Origin: Oscillospiraceae bacterium
Lineage (GTDB): Bacteria; Bacillota; Clostridia; Oscillospirales; Ruminococcaceae
Direction of reading: 5' to 3'
NCBI GenBank assembly: GCA_017540225.1
Contig: JAFYBM010000146.1
Location: forward strand, 1-59,625
Length of the DNA: 59,625 bases
Under the pieces are notes generated by a model. That model ran no database searches and was not told the DNA's origin. It worked only from the letters and a program-made list of their open reading frames with translations. Below, in pieces: positions 44,507-53,541 of this stretch. Both the position numbers and the translations under genes were made by a program. Position 1 is the stretch's first letter, and each line of letters starts with the position of its first letter.

Positions 44507-44619
44507 TCTTCTTCGTCATCCTCAAAACCGCACGGGCAGTGCCCGCTCCGTTTTGATTCTCAGAAATCACTGCTGCAAAACAGTCATTCTGCATCTTCTT
44601 CGTCATCCTCAAACCCACA
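44507..44619 (-). repeat. 26-nt direct repeat pair (44507..44532 and 44594..44619), 87 nt apart
   Basis: The upstream copy is the 3' coding end of gene 44584..45522 (CGFEDDEED). The downstream copy would encode CGFEDDEEE-stop. The only two mismatches are synonymous. Confidence 0.85.
44533..44545. repeat. GC-rich palindrome cgggcagtgcccg (copy 1 of a recurring motif)
   Basis: Read directly. Related copies lie at 51544..51558 and 59598..59612. Confidence 0.8.
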
Positions 44620-45522
44620 CTCTGCAAAGAATGCTTTGTCGAACAGCTCTTTGCCGCCGTTTGCTTTGACTGCACGGATCGCGGTTTTCTGGTAATACTC
44701 ATAATCCTCGATGACAAACGGGATCTTTCTGCCGAAGCGCTGCTCCGTAAATTTTTCCTTGTGCAGCTCCATGACCGCGACAACCGCCAGATCATAGATG
44801 CGGTCAATCATCTCATCGCCGTCGTTGTCCTCATCGAAGCCCTGCGCTTCGCGCCATGCCGCAAACGGTGCATCATCCATTGTGCGGAAGGTCTCTTCCG
44901 TCCAGTTGATCCAGTTCCAAACCTCTTCGCCGTATTTTTCCTCGTTTTCGGCATTTGTTTTCTCGGTGTTATAGGAGAGCCAGAGATTATAGACCGGCGT
45001 TTCCAGTGTTTCATCCGTAAAGTCGGTGTGATACCCGATCTCGAATGCGCAGACATCGTCCTCCGGAATCTCAGCGGCAGATGCCTTGATAAATTCCTTG
45101 AGCGCGGCAACGAATTTGCGGTCTGCGGCATCCTCTGCGGCAGGATCATACGCTGCAACTTCTTCATCAAGGTCGATCTCGTCATATTCCATGCCGAACG
45201 CTTCGCTCATTTTTTCAAACACATCGTTCATGCCTTCCATGCCGCCGAGTGCGCTGAACTGCTCTGCAATGCTTTCGATATCATCGGGCATAATGCCGCC
45301 CTGTGCCGAAAGCCGGCTGGCAAACTGATCGGAAAGCTGATTGAGCTGCCCGAAAATATCACCGAGTGCAGGATTCTCCTCCGGATCCGTACTGCCCTGC
45401 GCTTCTGCCTCTGCGGCAAGCTCGTTGAAATCCACTGCATTATCCTTCATGACCGAATCAACGGCAAAGGGACTCATGCCGAGCTTTTTCATCATATCGG
45501 CAATCTGCTCGTTCCAGTCCAT
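44584..45522 (-). CDS. hypothetical acidic cytoplasmic protein
   Basis: 312 aa, very Asp/Glu-rich. GGAGG RBS directly after the manA stop. I recognise no family with confidence. Confidence 0.6.
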   Translation of the reverse strand: MDWNEQIADMMKKLGMSPFAVDSVMKDNAVDFNELAAEAEAQGSTDPEENPALGDIFGQLNQLSDQFASRLSAQGGIMPDDIESIAEQFSALGGMEGMNDVFEKMSEAFGMEYDEIDLDEEVAAYDPAAEDAADRKFVAALKEFIKASAAEIPEDDVCAFEIGYHTDFTDETLETPVYNLWLSYNTEKTNAENEEKYGEEVWNWINWTEETFRTMDDAPFAAWREAQGFDEDNDGDEMIDRIYDLAVVAVMELHKEKFTEQRFGRKIPFVIEDYEYYQKTAIRAVKANGGKELFDKAFFAECGFEDDEEDAE

Positions 45523-45534
45523 ATGCAGACCTCC

Positions 45535-46515
45535 TCAGGCACGCGGAAGCGTCTGCGTCATCAATAACGTGCAGTTCTGACTGCGCAGACGGAAGGCACC
45601 GAAATTAGCCGGCAGAAAGATCGAATCGCCCTTTTTAACAGGCATCACAACGCCCTCATCATAGATCAGTGCCGCATCGCCTTCAAGGCAAAGCAGATGG
45701 GTATAGGATACCCCCTCCGAAGCAGAGAACACCGCTTCTTCGGTAATCCGCAGCTCGGTCGTTGTGAAGGAAGGGCAGTCTGCGATCACGGCAGTACTGT
45801 AGCCTTCAAATTCCGTCATGGGACGTCTGCGGCGCGGCGGTGCAGACCATGTTTTTGTCACATCAACGGCCTTGTCGATATGCAGCTCACGCGGAAAACC
45901 GTTGTCATCCACGCGGTCATAATCATAAACACGGTAGGTAAGATTCGAGCTTTGCTGAATCTCTGCGATCAGGATGCCCGCACCGATTGCATGAAGTGTT
46001 CCGGCCTCGATGAAAAACACATCGCCCTTATGCACCGGCACAAGCTGCACATAGTCGAGCAGCGTGCCGTTTTGGATGCTGGCACGGAATTCCTCCTTTG
46101 TCAGTTCACGGTTGAAGCCGTAGGCGAGTGCGGCACCTTCCTCACAGTCCACAATATACCAGCATTCGGTCTTGCCGTTTTCGCCGTTTTCGTGTTCACG
46201 GGCATAGGCATCGTCCGGATGCACCTGCACACTGAGATCCTGACAGGCGTCAATCAGCTTGATGAGCACCGGAAACGCGGAAAAACGGGCGGCACCCTCA
46301 CCGACACGCGCAGCCCAGTCCTGTTCCAGATAGGCCTTCAGTGTGATGCCCTTGTTCACGCCGTTCATCACGGTTGCAAGGCCGGAGGAATGGCAGGAAA
46401 GCTCCCAGCTTTCCGCAATACGCTCCAGATCACTGTTTTTTCCGAATTCTTCGCGCAGTTTTGTTCCGCCCCAGATATAATTCTGAAACGCGGCTTTTAG
46501 CTTTAAGGGTTCCAT
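45535..46515 (-). CDS. manA: mannose-6-phosphate isomerase, class I
   Basis: Start at ATG 46515 (AGGAGG RBS). Blocks NYIWGG, SVQVHPDD, KTECWY and GTLHAIG. Confidence 0.88.
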   Translation of the reverse strand: MEPLKLKAAFQNYIWGGTKLREEFGKNSDLERIAESWELSCHSSGLATVMNGVNKGITLKAYLEQDWAARVGEGAARFSAFPVLIKLIDACQDLSVQVHPDDAYAREHENGENGKTECWYIVDCEEGAALAYGFNRELTKEEFRASIQNGTLLDYVQLVPVHKGDVFFIEAGTLHAIGAGILIAEIQQSSNLTYRVYDYDRVDDNGFPRELHIDKAVDVTKTWSAPPRRRRPMTEFEGYSTAVIADCPSFTTTELRITEEAVFSASEGVSYTHLLCLEGDAALIYDEGVVMPVKKGDSIFLPANFGAFRLRSQNCTLLMTQTLPRA

Positions 46516-46545
46516 TTCCGATACCTCCTGCACTGTTTTTTATCA

Positions 46546-48408
46546 TTATGAATCCGGCAGCTCCTGAATCAACGCATAGAGCTGCGCGGCTGTTTCCGGA
46601 TTGATGCCGGCAGTCTGCGCAAGCTGCGCGGGGGAAGCAGCCTTGAGCTGCCCGCGCGTTTTATAGGTCATCAGCAGCTTCTGCGCTTTTTTCTCTCCGA
46701 TTCCGCGGATCTGTGTCAGCGTCAGCGCATAGCTGCTCTTTTTGTGTCTGGTTTTCATATAGGTGATCGCATAGCGGTGTACTTCATCCTGAATGCGTGT
46801 CAGCAGATGAAATGCCGCCTGCTTTTCCCGCACAGAAATCTCCCCGCCGTTTGCTGCGATCGCTCTGGTACGGTGCTTCTGATCCTTGACCATGCCGAAC
46901 AGCGGGATTCTGAGCGCCAGCTCATCAAGAATCGGCTGAATCGCGGCAACATGAGTCTGTCCGCCGTCAAGCAGGATCAGATCCGGCAGCACCGCAAAGG
47001 AATTGAGTGCTTTTGCCGTTTCGTCCGTTTCCTGCTGCGCCTTGAAATATTCCCCGAAGCGCCTGCGGATGACCTCCTGCATCGCTGCATAGTCATTCTG
47101 TCCGCTGAGTTCTTTGATCGAAAAGCGGCGGTAGGCATTTTTCAGCGGCCGGCCGTTTTCAAAGACAACCATTCCCGCGACCATTGCCGCAGACGAAAGA
47201 TTGGAAATATCATAGGATTCAATGCGCACCGGCGGCTTTTCGAGTCCGAGTGCACGGGCAAGCTCCTCCAGCGCCAGCAGCTCGCGGCCGGTGCGTCCCG
47301 CTTTGATCGAGAGCTTTTCGCCGGCATTCTGCTTCGCCATGAGCACAAGCCTGTGCCGTGTGCCGCGCACGGGAACCTCCAGCGTCACCTTGCGGCCGGC
47401 ACGCTCCGCCAGCATATTTTCAAGCAGCTCCTGCTCAGCGGGCATTTCCTCCAGAAGAATCGTTTTCGGCAGTTCACTGCCGCTGCGGGTGCTGTAATAC
47501 TGCGGCAGAAATTCATCGAGCGGATGCTCCGAAAGCGCCTCCGAGGAGATCTGAAACGAATTCTGATCGCTGAGTCTGCCGTCCCGGTAAATGAGCACGG
47601 AGATCACAGTCATATCATTGGATTCCGCCGTACCGATAACATCGGTATCCGCAGTGACGGCATCCATAATATCCTGCTTTTCGCCGGCCTTCCGGATCGC
47701 CGCAATGCGGTCGCGAAGCCGCGCCGCTTCCTCGAAATCGAGCCGGTCGGCTGCTGCGGTCATGCGCTGCTCCAGCGCGGTCACGGTATGGTCGCCGCCG
47801 TTTTTGATAAAGCGGACGGCATCGCTGACCGCCTCCGCATATTCCTCCTCCGGAATATTCCCGCGGCAGACGCCCATGCACTGCCCGATATGATAATAGA
47901 GGCAGGGGCGCTCCCTGCGGAAGCTCTCCGGAAACGGACGGCTGCAGGTCGGCAGCCGGAACATCCGGTTGACGGTGCTGACCGTCTGCCGGACCGTAAA
48001 GCCGCTCATATACGGCCCGAGATAGGTTCCCTCCGCCTGCGTATTCAGCTCCGCCGTGATGCGGGCATAGGGCGGCGGCGAGACGCGGATATAATGATAG
48101 CCCTTGTCATCCTTCAGCAGGATATTATAGCGCGGCTTGTGCTGCTTGATGAGCGAGCATTCAAGCACCAGCGCCTCATATTCCGATCCGGTTACTATAA
48201 AATCGTAATCATAAACCTGCGAGACCATCTGTGCGGTCTTCGGCGTATGATCCGGATGGTCACGGAAATAACTGGTTACGCGGTTGCGCAGGTTTTTCGC
48301 CTTGCCGATATAGATGATCTTTTCCTGCGCATTTTTCATGATATACACGCCGGGAGATGTCGTCAGCGCAGCGGTTTTCCGCTGCAAATAGGGCAGTCTC
48401 GGATTCAT
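46546..48408 (-). CDS. uvrC: excinuclease ABC subunit C
   Basis: GIY-YIG (PGVYIMKN...IIYIGKAKNLRNRV), a UVR domain, an Endo V-like domain and a C-terminal (HhH)2. Confidence 0.96.
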   Translation of the reverse strand: MNPRLPYLQRKTAALTTSPGVYIMKNAQEKIIYIGKAKNLRNRVTSYFRDHPDHTPKTAQMVSQVYDYDFIVTGSEYEALVLECSLIKQHKPRYNILLKDDKGYHYIRVSPPPYARITAELNTQAEGTYLGPYMSGFTVRQTVSTVNRMFRLPTCSRPFPESFRRERPCLYYHIGQCMGVCRGNIPEEEYAEAVSDAVRFIKNGGDHTVTALEQRMTAAADRLDFEEAARLRDRIAAIRKAGEKQDIMDAVTADTDVIGTAESNDMTVISVLIYRDGRLSDQNSFQISSEALSEHPLDEFLPQYYSTRSGSELPKTILLEEMPAEQELLENMLAERAGRKVTLEVPVRGTRHRLVLMAKQNAGEKLSIKAGRTGRELLALEELARALGLEKPPVRIESYDISNLSSAAMVAGMVVFENGRPLKNAYRRFSIKELSGQNDYAAMQEVIRRRFGEYFKAQQETDETAKALNSFAVLPDLILLDGGQTHVAAIQPILDELALRIPLFGMVKDQKHRTRAIAANGGEISVREKQAAFHLLTRIQDEVHRYAITYMKTRHKKSSYALTLTQIRGIGEKKAQKLLMTYKTRGQLKAASPAQLAQTAGINPETAAQLYALIQELPDS

Positions 48409-49385
48409 GCTTCGCCGTCATCCCCTCCGTCTGCGGCATCGTCATCATATGCATCCGGCGCATCGTCATATGCATCGTATTCGTCATCATCATCGTCGTC
48501 ATCCACGCCGAATTCGTATTCAAATTTCTCGTCCTTATCGGTCAGCACGAGCTTTTCATTTGTAGAAAGCTCCTGTGCCAGACGCTTCGCCTTGCCGCCG
48601 AGCGTTTTCGGCTTCTCTGCACGCGGAATCTCAACCATCGTCGGGGTTTCGGAGAACATTGTCGAATCAAAGCTCTTGACCTCTGCACGGTCGCCGTAGC
48701 AGTCGATTTCGACCTCCTCCAGATGAAGCAGGCGCTCCATCGCCGTAAAGAAGATGATATAGCCGAGCGCATTGACCAGAATACTTGCATATACGCGGTA
48801 TCCGGCAATTGCTGTCAGCATTCCCGCAAGAATGATGACCGATGTGATTCCGACCAGCCACTGCACACGCTTATTCTGCGGATCCAGCATCAGCAGCGAC
48901 AGCGAAACAGCCGCTGAAAACAGCACATGAACAATAATCAAAGGCACGGACAGTCCGTTATAGGGGATCAGCGGCAGCAGATGAAATTCTCCCAGCATCA
49001 GGATCACCTCGACCGCAATATATGTGATCAGCAGCAGTTTCATCAAACCGCGCGCCCGTACAAGCCGGTCAAGCCAGATGACGCTGATCGTGAACAGCGC
49101 AAATGCGCTCGTCTCGATCGTATAAGCAACGATCTCAAAAATCACGGAGGTTTTTCCCCTGACAGCGAGCGAGTAGTAATAGATCAGGCAGACAATGATA
49201 AACAGGATAAACAGGATATTTGCAATCCTGCCGAATCTCATGCAGTCCAGCAGTGTATAATTCCGCGTGCCCTTCCGCTCCAGACGTTCCTCGCGGCTGA
49301 GCTTTTGCTTCGCGGTCTTTGTCTGCTTCCGCGCCGCCTGACGCTTTTCGCTCCGCGCTGATTTTGCGGGCTGTTTTTTTGCCAT
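48405..49385 (-). CDS. hypothetical polytopic membrane protein with basic head and poly-acidic tail
   Basis: The N-terminus is Lys/Arg-rich, followed by about 6 TM segments and the tail DDDDDDDEYDAYDDAPDAYDDDAADGGDDGEA. The stop overlaps the uvrC ATG (ATGA). Confidence 0.65.
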   Translation of the reverse strand: MAKKQPAKSARSEKRQAARKQTKTAKQKLSREERLERKGTRNYTLLDCMRFGRIANILFILFIIVCLIYYYSLAVRGKTSVIFEIVAYTIETSAFALFTISVIWLDRLVRARGLMKLLLITYIAVEVILMLGEFHLLPLIPYNGLSVPLIIVHVLFSAAVSLSLLMLDPQNKRVQWLVGITSVIILAGMLTAIAGYRVYASILVNALGYIIFFTAMERLLHLEEVEIDCYGDRAEVKSFDSTMFSETPTMVEIPRAEKPKTLGGKAKRLAQELSTNEKLVLTDKDEKFEYEFGVDDDDDDDEYDAYDDAPDAYDDDAADGGDDGEA

Positions 49386-49429
49386 GTCCGCCGTCTCCTT
49401 CCGGTTTCATGCCCTTGTTTCTCTGATTA

Positions 49430-50713
49430 TTATTTCTGTGCGGCAAGCGCACGCCGGCCGATGTCGCGGCGATAATGAACATTGTCAAACGTGACTGCTG
49501 CTGCTGCATCATAGGCCGCATTCAGCGCCTGCTTCAGCGTATCCGCAGAAGCCGTAATGCCGAGCACTCTGCCGCCTGCGGTCAGAAATTCACCGCTTTC
49601 GGAGAGCTTCGTGCCCGCATGATATACCGCCGCACCGGCAAGCTGCCCCTTTTCATCCAGACCGGAGATCACCTTGCCTGTCTCATATTTTTCCGGATAG
49701 CCGCCGCTTGCCAGAATTACGCACGCACAGGCACCCTGCTTCCATTCGATCGGAAGATTATCAAGCTGCTGATTTTCAACCGCCTCCATGATCTCCAGCA
49801 GATCGGTTTTCAGCATCGGCAGGACAACCTGTGTTTCCGGATCACCGAAGCGGCAGTTGTATTCAATGACCTTCGGCCCCTTCGGAGTCAGCATCAGGCC
49901 GAAATACAGACATCCGCGGAAGGTGCGGTTTTCGCCGTTCATCGCGTGCATGGTCGGCAGGAAAATCTCCCGCATACACTGCTCCGCAACCTCTTTGGTA
50001 TAGTAAGGATTCGGGGAAACAGTACCCATGCCGCCGGTATTTTTGCCGAGGTCGCCGTCGAGTGCGCGCTTATGATCCATTGAGGAGATCATAGGCTCAA
50101 CGCTCTCGCCGTCCGTAAATGCCAGCACCGAAACTTCAGGCCCTGTCAGAAATTCCTCGATCACGACCTTTGAGCCGCTCTCACCGAAGATCTTATCCTC
50201 CATGATCGAGCGGATCGCGTCGATTGCCTCCTGCTCTGACTGCGCAATGATGACGCCCTTGCCGAGCGCGAGGCCGTCCGCCTTGACAACGGTCGGATAG
50301 GTATCCTCCGCCTGAATATAGCGGATTGCTTCCTCTGCATCACTGAACACTTCGTATTTTGCAGTCGGAATACCGTATTTTTTCATCAGATTCTTGGAAA
50401 AGACCTTGCTGCCTTCAATGATTGCAGCGGCTTTGGACGGCCCGAATACCTTGAAGCCGTTTTCACGCATCAGATCAGCCATGCCGAGCACAAGCGGATC
50501 ATCCGGCGCGACAAAAACCCAATCGACTGCGAGCTTCTTTGCAAGCGCGAGCATCCCGTCAAGATCGGTCGCCTTGACCGGAAAGCACTCCGCATACTTC
50601 GCAATGCCGCCGTTTCCCGGCGCACAGTAGAGGTTTGTGACCAGCGGAGATTCACTGAGCTTCATGATAATGGCGTGCTCTCTGCCGCCGCCGCCGACTA
50701 CTAATACTTTCAT
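49430..50713 (-). CDS. purD: phosphoribosylamine--glycine ligase
   Basis: VLVVGGGGREHA, APGNGG and ATP-grasp blocks. 427 aa. Confidence 0.96.
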   Translation of the reverse strand: MKVLVVGGGGREHAIIMKLSESPLVTNLYCAPGNGGIAKYAECFPVKATDLDGMLALAKKLAVDWVFVAPDDPLVLGMADLMRENGFKVFGPSKAAAIIEGSKVFSKNLMKKYGIPTAKYEVFSDAEEAIRYIQAEDTYPTVVKADGLALGKGVIIAQSEQEAIDAIRSIMEDKIFGESGSKVVIEEFLTGPEVSVLAFTDGESVEPMISSMDHKRALDGDLGKNTGGMGTVSPNPYYTKEVAEQCMREIFLPTMHAMNGENRTFRGCLYFGLMLTPKGPKVIEYNCRFGDPETQVVLPMLKTDLLEIMEAVENQQLDNLPIEWKQGACACVILASGGYPEKYETGKVISGLDEKGQLAGAAVYHAGTKLSESGEFLTAGGRVLGITASADTLKQALNAAYDAAAAVTFDNVHYRRDIGRRALAAQK

Positions 50714-50761
50714 GTTTGATGATTCCTTTCAATAGAGGTGTATCTTCAATTGGTTTTTCGG

Positions 50762-51319
50762 TCATTCTGCGAGCATTTCGGGCGTCAGTTCCCGAATTTC
50801 ACAGTAATGGATCTTTTTGAGCGAGGGCTGGTTCATCAGCGCACGCATAATGCCGCCGTGACAGACAATCAGCAGCTTTCTGATGTCGCTGCGTTCCAGA
50901 TAGGGCTGAATCGCTTTTTTTGCCCGTGCCCGCAGCATTTCATGCGTTTCCCAGAGCGGATATTTGTCATCCGGCCTGTGTACGCCGCCGTTTGCCTTGT
51001 ATTCCTCCCATGCTGCCCTGATTTCGGTATGCGCGGGCGCGGAATAATCTATGCGCGGCAGCCATTCAAATATGCCGACTGCCACTTCGACCGGCCTGTC
51101 AATCCGCCGCGAAACAATTGCAGCGGTTTGCAGTGCCCGCGGATACGGCGATGCAACGATCAGATCACAGTCCTGAATACGGGAATCCGCCGCCGCTTTC
51201 TCTGCCTGTATGATGCCCTCCGGCGTCAGCTGACCCAGCTCTGCACCCATGCCCGGTAAACCGAGCGCTTCTGTGTCGCGGTAGGTCGGTTCCCCGTGGC
51301 GCATGAGGTAAATTTTCAT
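50762..51319 (-). CDS. histidine phosphatase family protein
   Basis: N-terminal LMRHGEP motif and a later HGG block. 185 aa. Confidence 0.75.
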   Translation of the reverse strand: MKIYLMRHGEPTYRDTEALGLPGMGAELGQLTPEGIIQAEKAAADSRIQDCDLIVASPYPRALQTAAIVSRRIDRPVEVAVGIFEWLPRIDYSAPAHTEIRAAWEEYKANGGVHRPDDKYPLWETHEMLRARAKKAIQPYLERSDIRKLLIVCHGGIMRALMNQPSLKKIHYCEIRELTPEMLAE

Positions 51320-51543
51320 GAGATTACATCCTTACAAGAACGATTCAATTTCTCTGCCGGAATATTTTTCCGCAGGAAGCATGCTGTTATTCATACCTTC
51401 CCAGTGTTCCATATCTCCAAATGACATCAGCTTTGGCTGCGCGCGGCGCCTGCATAAATCCACAATCGGACAGAGGAATCACTTACCGTTACGAGCCGGC
51501 AAGCGCATTCTGCATATGCAGCCCGCTTCGTTGTCTGATGGAG

Positions 51544-51558
51544 GCGGGCACTGCCCGC
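51544..51558. repeat. 15-nt perfect palindrome gcgggcactgcccgc (copy 2)
   Basis: Abuts the TGA (51559..51561) of the AICAR transformylase gene. Confidence 0.85.
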
Positions 51559-52743
51559 TCAGTGGTGGAACAGTCTCAGGCCGCAGAAGGCCATTGCGAT
51601 GCCGTACTTATTGCACTGTGCAATGACGAGATCATCACGGATGGATCCGCCCGGCTCGACAATATACTTGACGCCGCTCTTATAGGCTCTGTCGATATTA
51701 TCCGGGAACGGGAAGAATGCATCAGAGCCGAGGCAGACATCGGTATTCTTTGCAATCCATGCCTGACGCTCCTCTTTGGTAAAGACGGGCGGCTTTTCGG
51801 TAAATACGCGCTCCCACTCGCCGTCTGCGAGAATATCCATATAATCCTCACCGATATAGAGGTCGATTGCGTTGTCGCGGTCAGGGCGCTTGATGTCATC
51901 GCGGAACGGCAGATTCAGAACCTGCGGCGCCTGACGGAGCCACCAGTTATCGGCCTTTGTGCCGGCAAGTCTGGTGCAGTGGATTCTGGACTGCTGACCT
52001 GCGCCGATGCCGATTGCCTGACCGTCCTTGACATAGCAGACGGAATTGGACTGGGTATATTTCAGTGTAATCAGCGAAATAATGAGATCAAATTTCTTGT
52101 CATCCGGAATATCCTGATTCTCGGTGACGATATTGGAAAGCATGGTCTGCTCATTGATCGCAAGGTCATTTCTGCCCTGCTCAAAGGTCACGCCGAATAC
52201 TTCCTTGTGCTCGACCTTCGGCGGCTCGTAATTCGGATCAATCTGCACGATATTGTAATTGCCCTTGCGCTTGGTTTTGAGAATCGCAAGCGCTTCCTCG
52301 GAATAGCCGGGTGCGATGATGCCGTCGGAAACCTCGCGTGCAATCAGCGTTGCAGTGATTGCATCACATTCATCGGAAAGGGAGATCCAGTCACCGAAGC
52401 TGGACATTCTGTCCGCGCCTCTTGCTCTTGCATAGGCACAGGCCAGCGGCGAAAGCTCACCCAGATCATCAACAAAATAGATCTTTTTCAGCGTATCGGA
52501 AAGCGGGCGGCCGATCGCGGCGCCTGCCGGAGAAACGTGCTTGAAGGAGGTCGCAGCCGGCATACCGGTTGCAGCCTTCAGCTCACGGACGAGCTGCCAG
52601 CCGTTGAACGCATCCAGCAGATTGATATAGCCGGGATTGCCGGAAAGCACGGTGATCGGCAGTGCGCTGCCGTCATTCATATACACTCTTGCGGGCTTCT
52701 GGTTCGGGTTGCATCCGTATTTCAAAAGACGTTCGGTTTCCAT
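51559..52743 (-). CDS. purH: AICAR formyltransferase (PurH C-terminal-type domain only)
   Basis: LKYGCNPNQ, SFKHVSPAG, GAGQQSRIHC and EPGGSIRD. The MGS-like IMP cyclohydrolase domain is absent. Confidence 0.88.
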   Translation of the reverse strand: METERLLKYGCNPNQKPARVYMNDGSALPITVLSGNPGYINLLDAFNGWQLVRELKAATGMPAATSFKHVSPAGAAIGRPLSDTLKKIYFVDDLGELSPLACAYARARGADRMSSFGDWISLSDECDAITATLIAREVSDGIIAPGYSEEALAILKTKRKGNYNIVQIDPNYEPPKVEHKEVFGVTFEQGRNDLAINEQTMLSNIVTENQDIPDDKKFDLIISLITLKYTQSNSVCYVKDGQAIGIGAGQQSRIHCTRLAGTKADNWWLRQAPQVLNLPFRDDIKRPDRDNAIDLYIGEDYMDILADGEWERVFTEKPPVFTKEERQAWIAKNTDVCLGSDAFFPFPDNIDRAYKSGVKYIVEPGGSIRDDLVIAQCNKYGIAMAFCGLRLFHH

Positions 52744-52761
52744 AATCGGGATACTCCTTTC

Positions 52762-53496
52762 TTATTCTGCCGTTTTCGGGGCATTGCCGTAGCGGTTGAC
52801 AATCTTCGTCACGGCGCTGTTGTCGGTCGGGTCGATATAGCGTACAAACAGCGAGATCTTGTTATCGGCGTTCAGGCTGTTCCAGAGAAGCTGCGTAAAG
52901 CCGTCGATGTCATCCGGAATTGCGACGAGCTTCGGCTCACCCTTGAAGCTCGGCAGCGGATTGCCGTCACCGACATAGGTGTGGATAAAATGGCCCTGTC
53001 CTGCAAGCGGATTCTCATAGGAGAAGGTGAAGCGCTGGCAGGATTCCGGATTGCCCTCTGCGCTCTTGAGGATGGACAGTGCATAATTGAAGCTGCCCTT
53101 CTCACAGCGGATGATGCCGGAAATGCGGGGCGTGAAGTTGGGATCATCCGGTTCAAATTTACGGGCGCGGAGCGACTGCTCAAACGTAAACTGATGATCC
53201 ATGCCGTCATAGATGGTATCGGTCTGGTCGCCGTTGGTGACGATGGTCTTGTTGCCGAGCACCCGCACCGGCGAATAGATAATCAGAGAGGGGTCTGTGC
53301 ATTTGGATTCGTCATAGGCCTGTGTGCGCAGTCCCGCGCCGTCCGGTACGAAAATGCGGTTGCGGGAATTTTCGCTTCTTCCCATGATAAAATACGCGGC
53401 AACGGCGTGTTTGCCGTCTGCGGAGCGGCCGAGGATAATGCCTCTGCCGGGGTAGCTGTTCGATTGCAGCTCCTGTGCCAGTGAGATCATAGCCAT
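52762..53496 (-). CDS. purO: IMP cyclohydrolase, PurO-like (archaeal type)
   Basis: YPGRGIILG...AAYFIMGRSENSRNRIF and a VTNGDQTD block. Lies directly upstream of the transformylase gene. Confidence 0.75.
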   Translation of the reverse strand: MAMISLAQELQSNSYPGRGIILGRSADGKHAVAAYFIMGRSENSRNRIFVPDGAGLRTQAYDESKCTDPSLIIYSPVRVLGNKTIVTNGDQTDTIYDGMDHQFTFEQSLRARKFEPDDPNFTPRISGIIRCEKGSFNYALSILKSAEGNPESCQRFTFSYENPLAGQGHFIHTYVGDGNPLPSFKGEPKLVAIPDDIDGFTQLLWNSLNADNKISLFVRYIDPTDNSAVTKIVNRYGNAPKTAE

Positions 53497-53541
53497 AATG
53501 ATTTCCTCCTGTTTGATATGTTTTCCGCGTTCGCGGAGCGC

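Noticed and set aside
44496-44586. A selenocysteine/SECIS or programmed read-through explanation for the two in-frame TGAs between the duplicated gene tails.
   Set aside because: The hairpin is the same short GC palindrome that recurs at unrelated intergenic sites. It has a 3-nt loop and no SECIS-like apical features. Two stops would have to be bypassed. An indel or remnant explanation is simpler.
51320-51558. Micro-ORFs in the pur spacer, for example a 25-codon MEHWEGMNNSMLPAEKYSGREIESFL.
   Set aside because: The GGAGA is only 1 nt from the ATG, which is poor spacing. There is no conservation evidence available to me, and such short frames arise by chance. They are mentioned only under the spacer finding.
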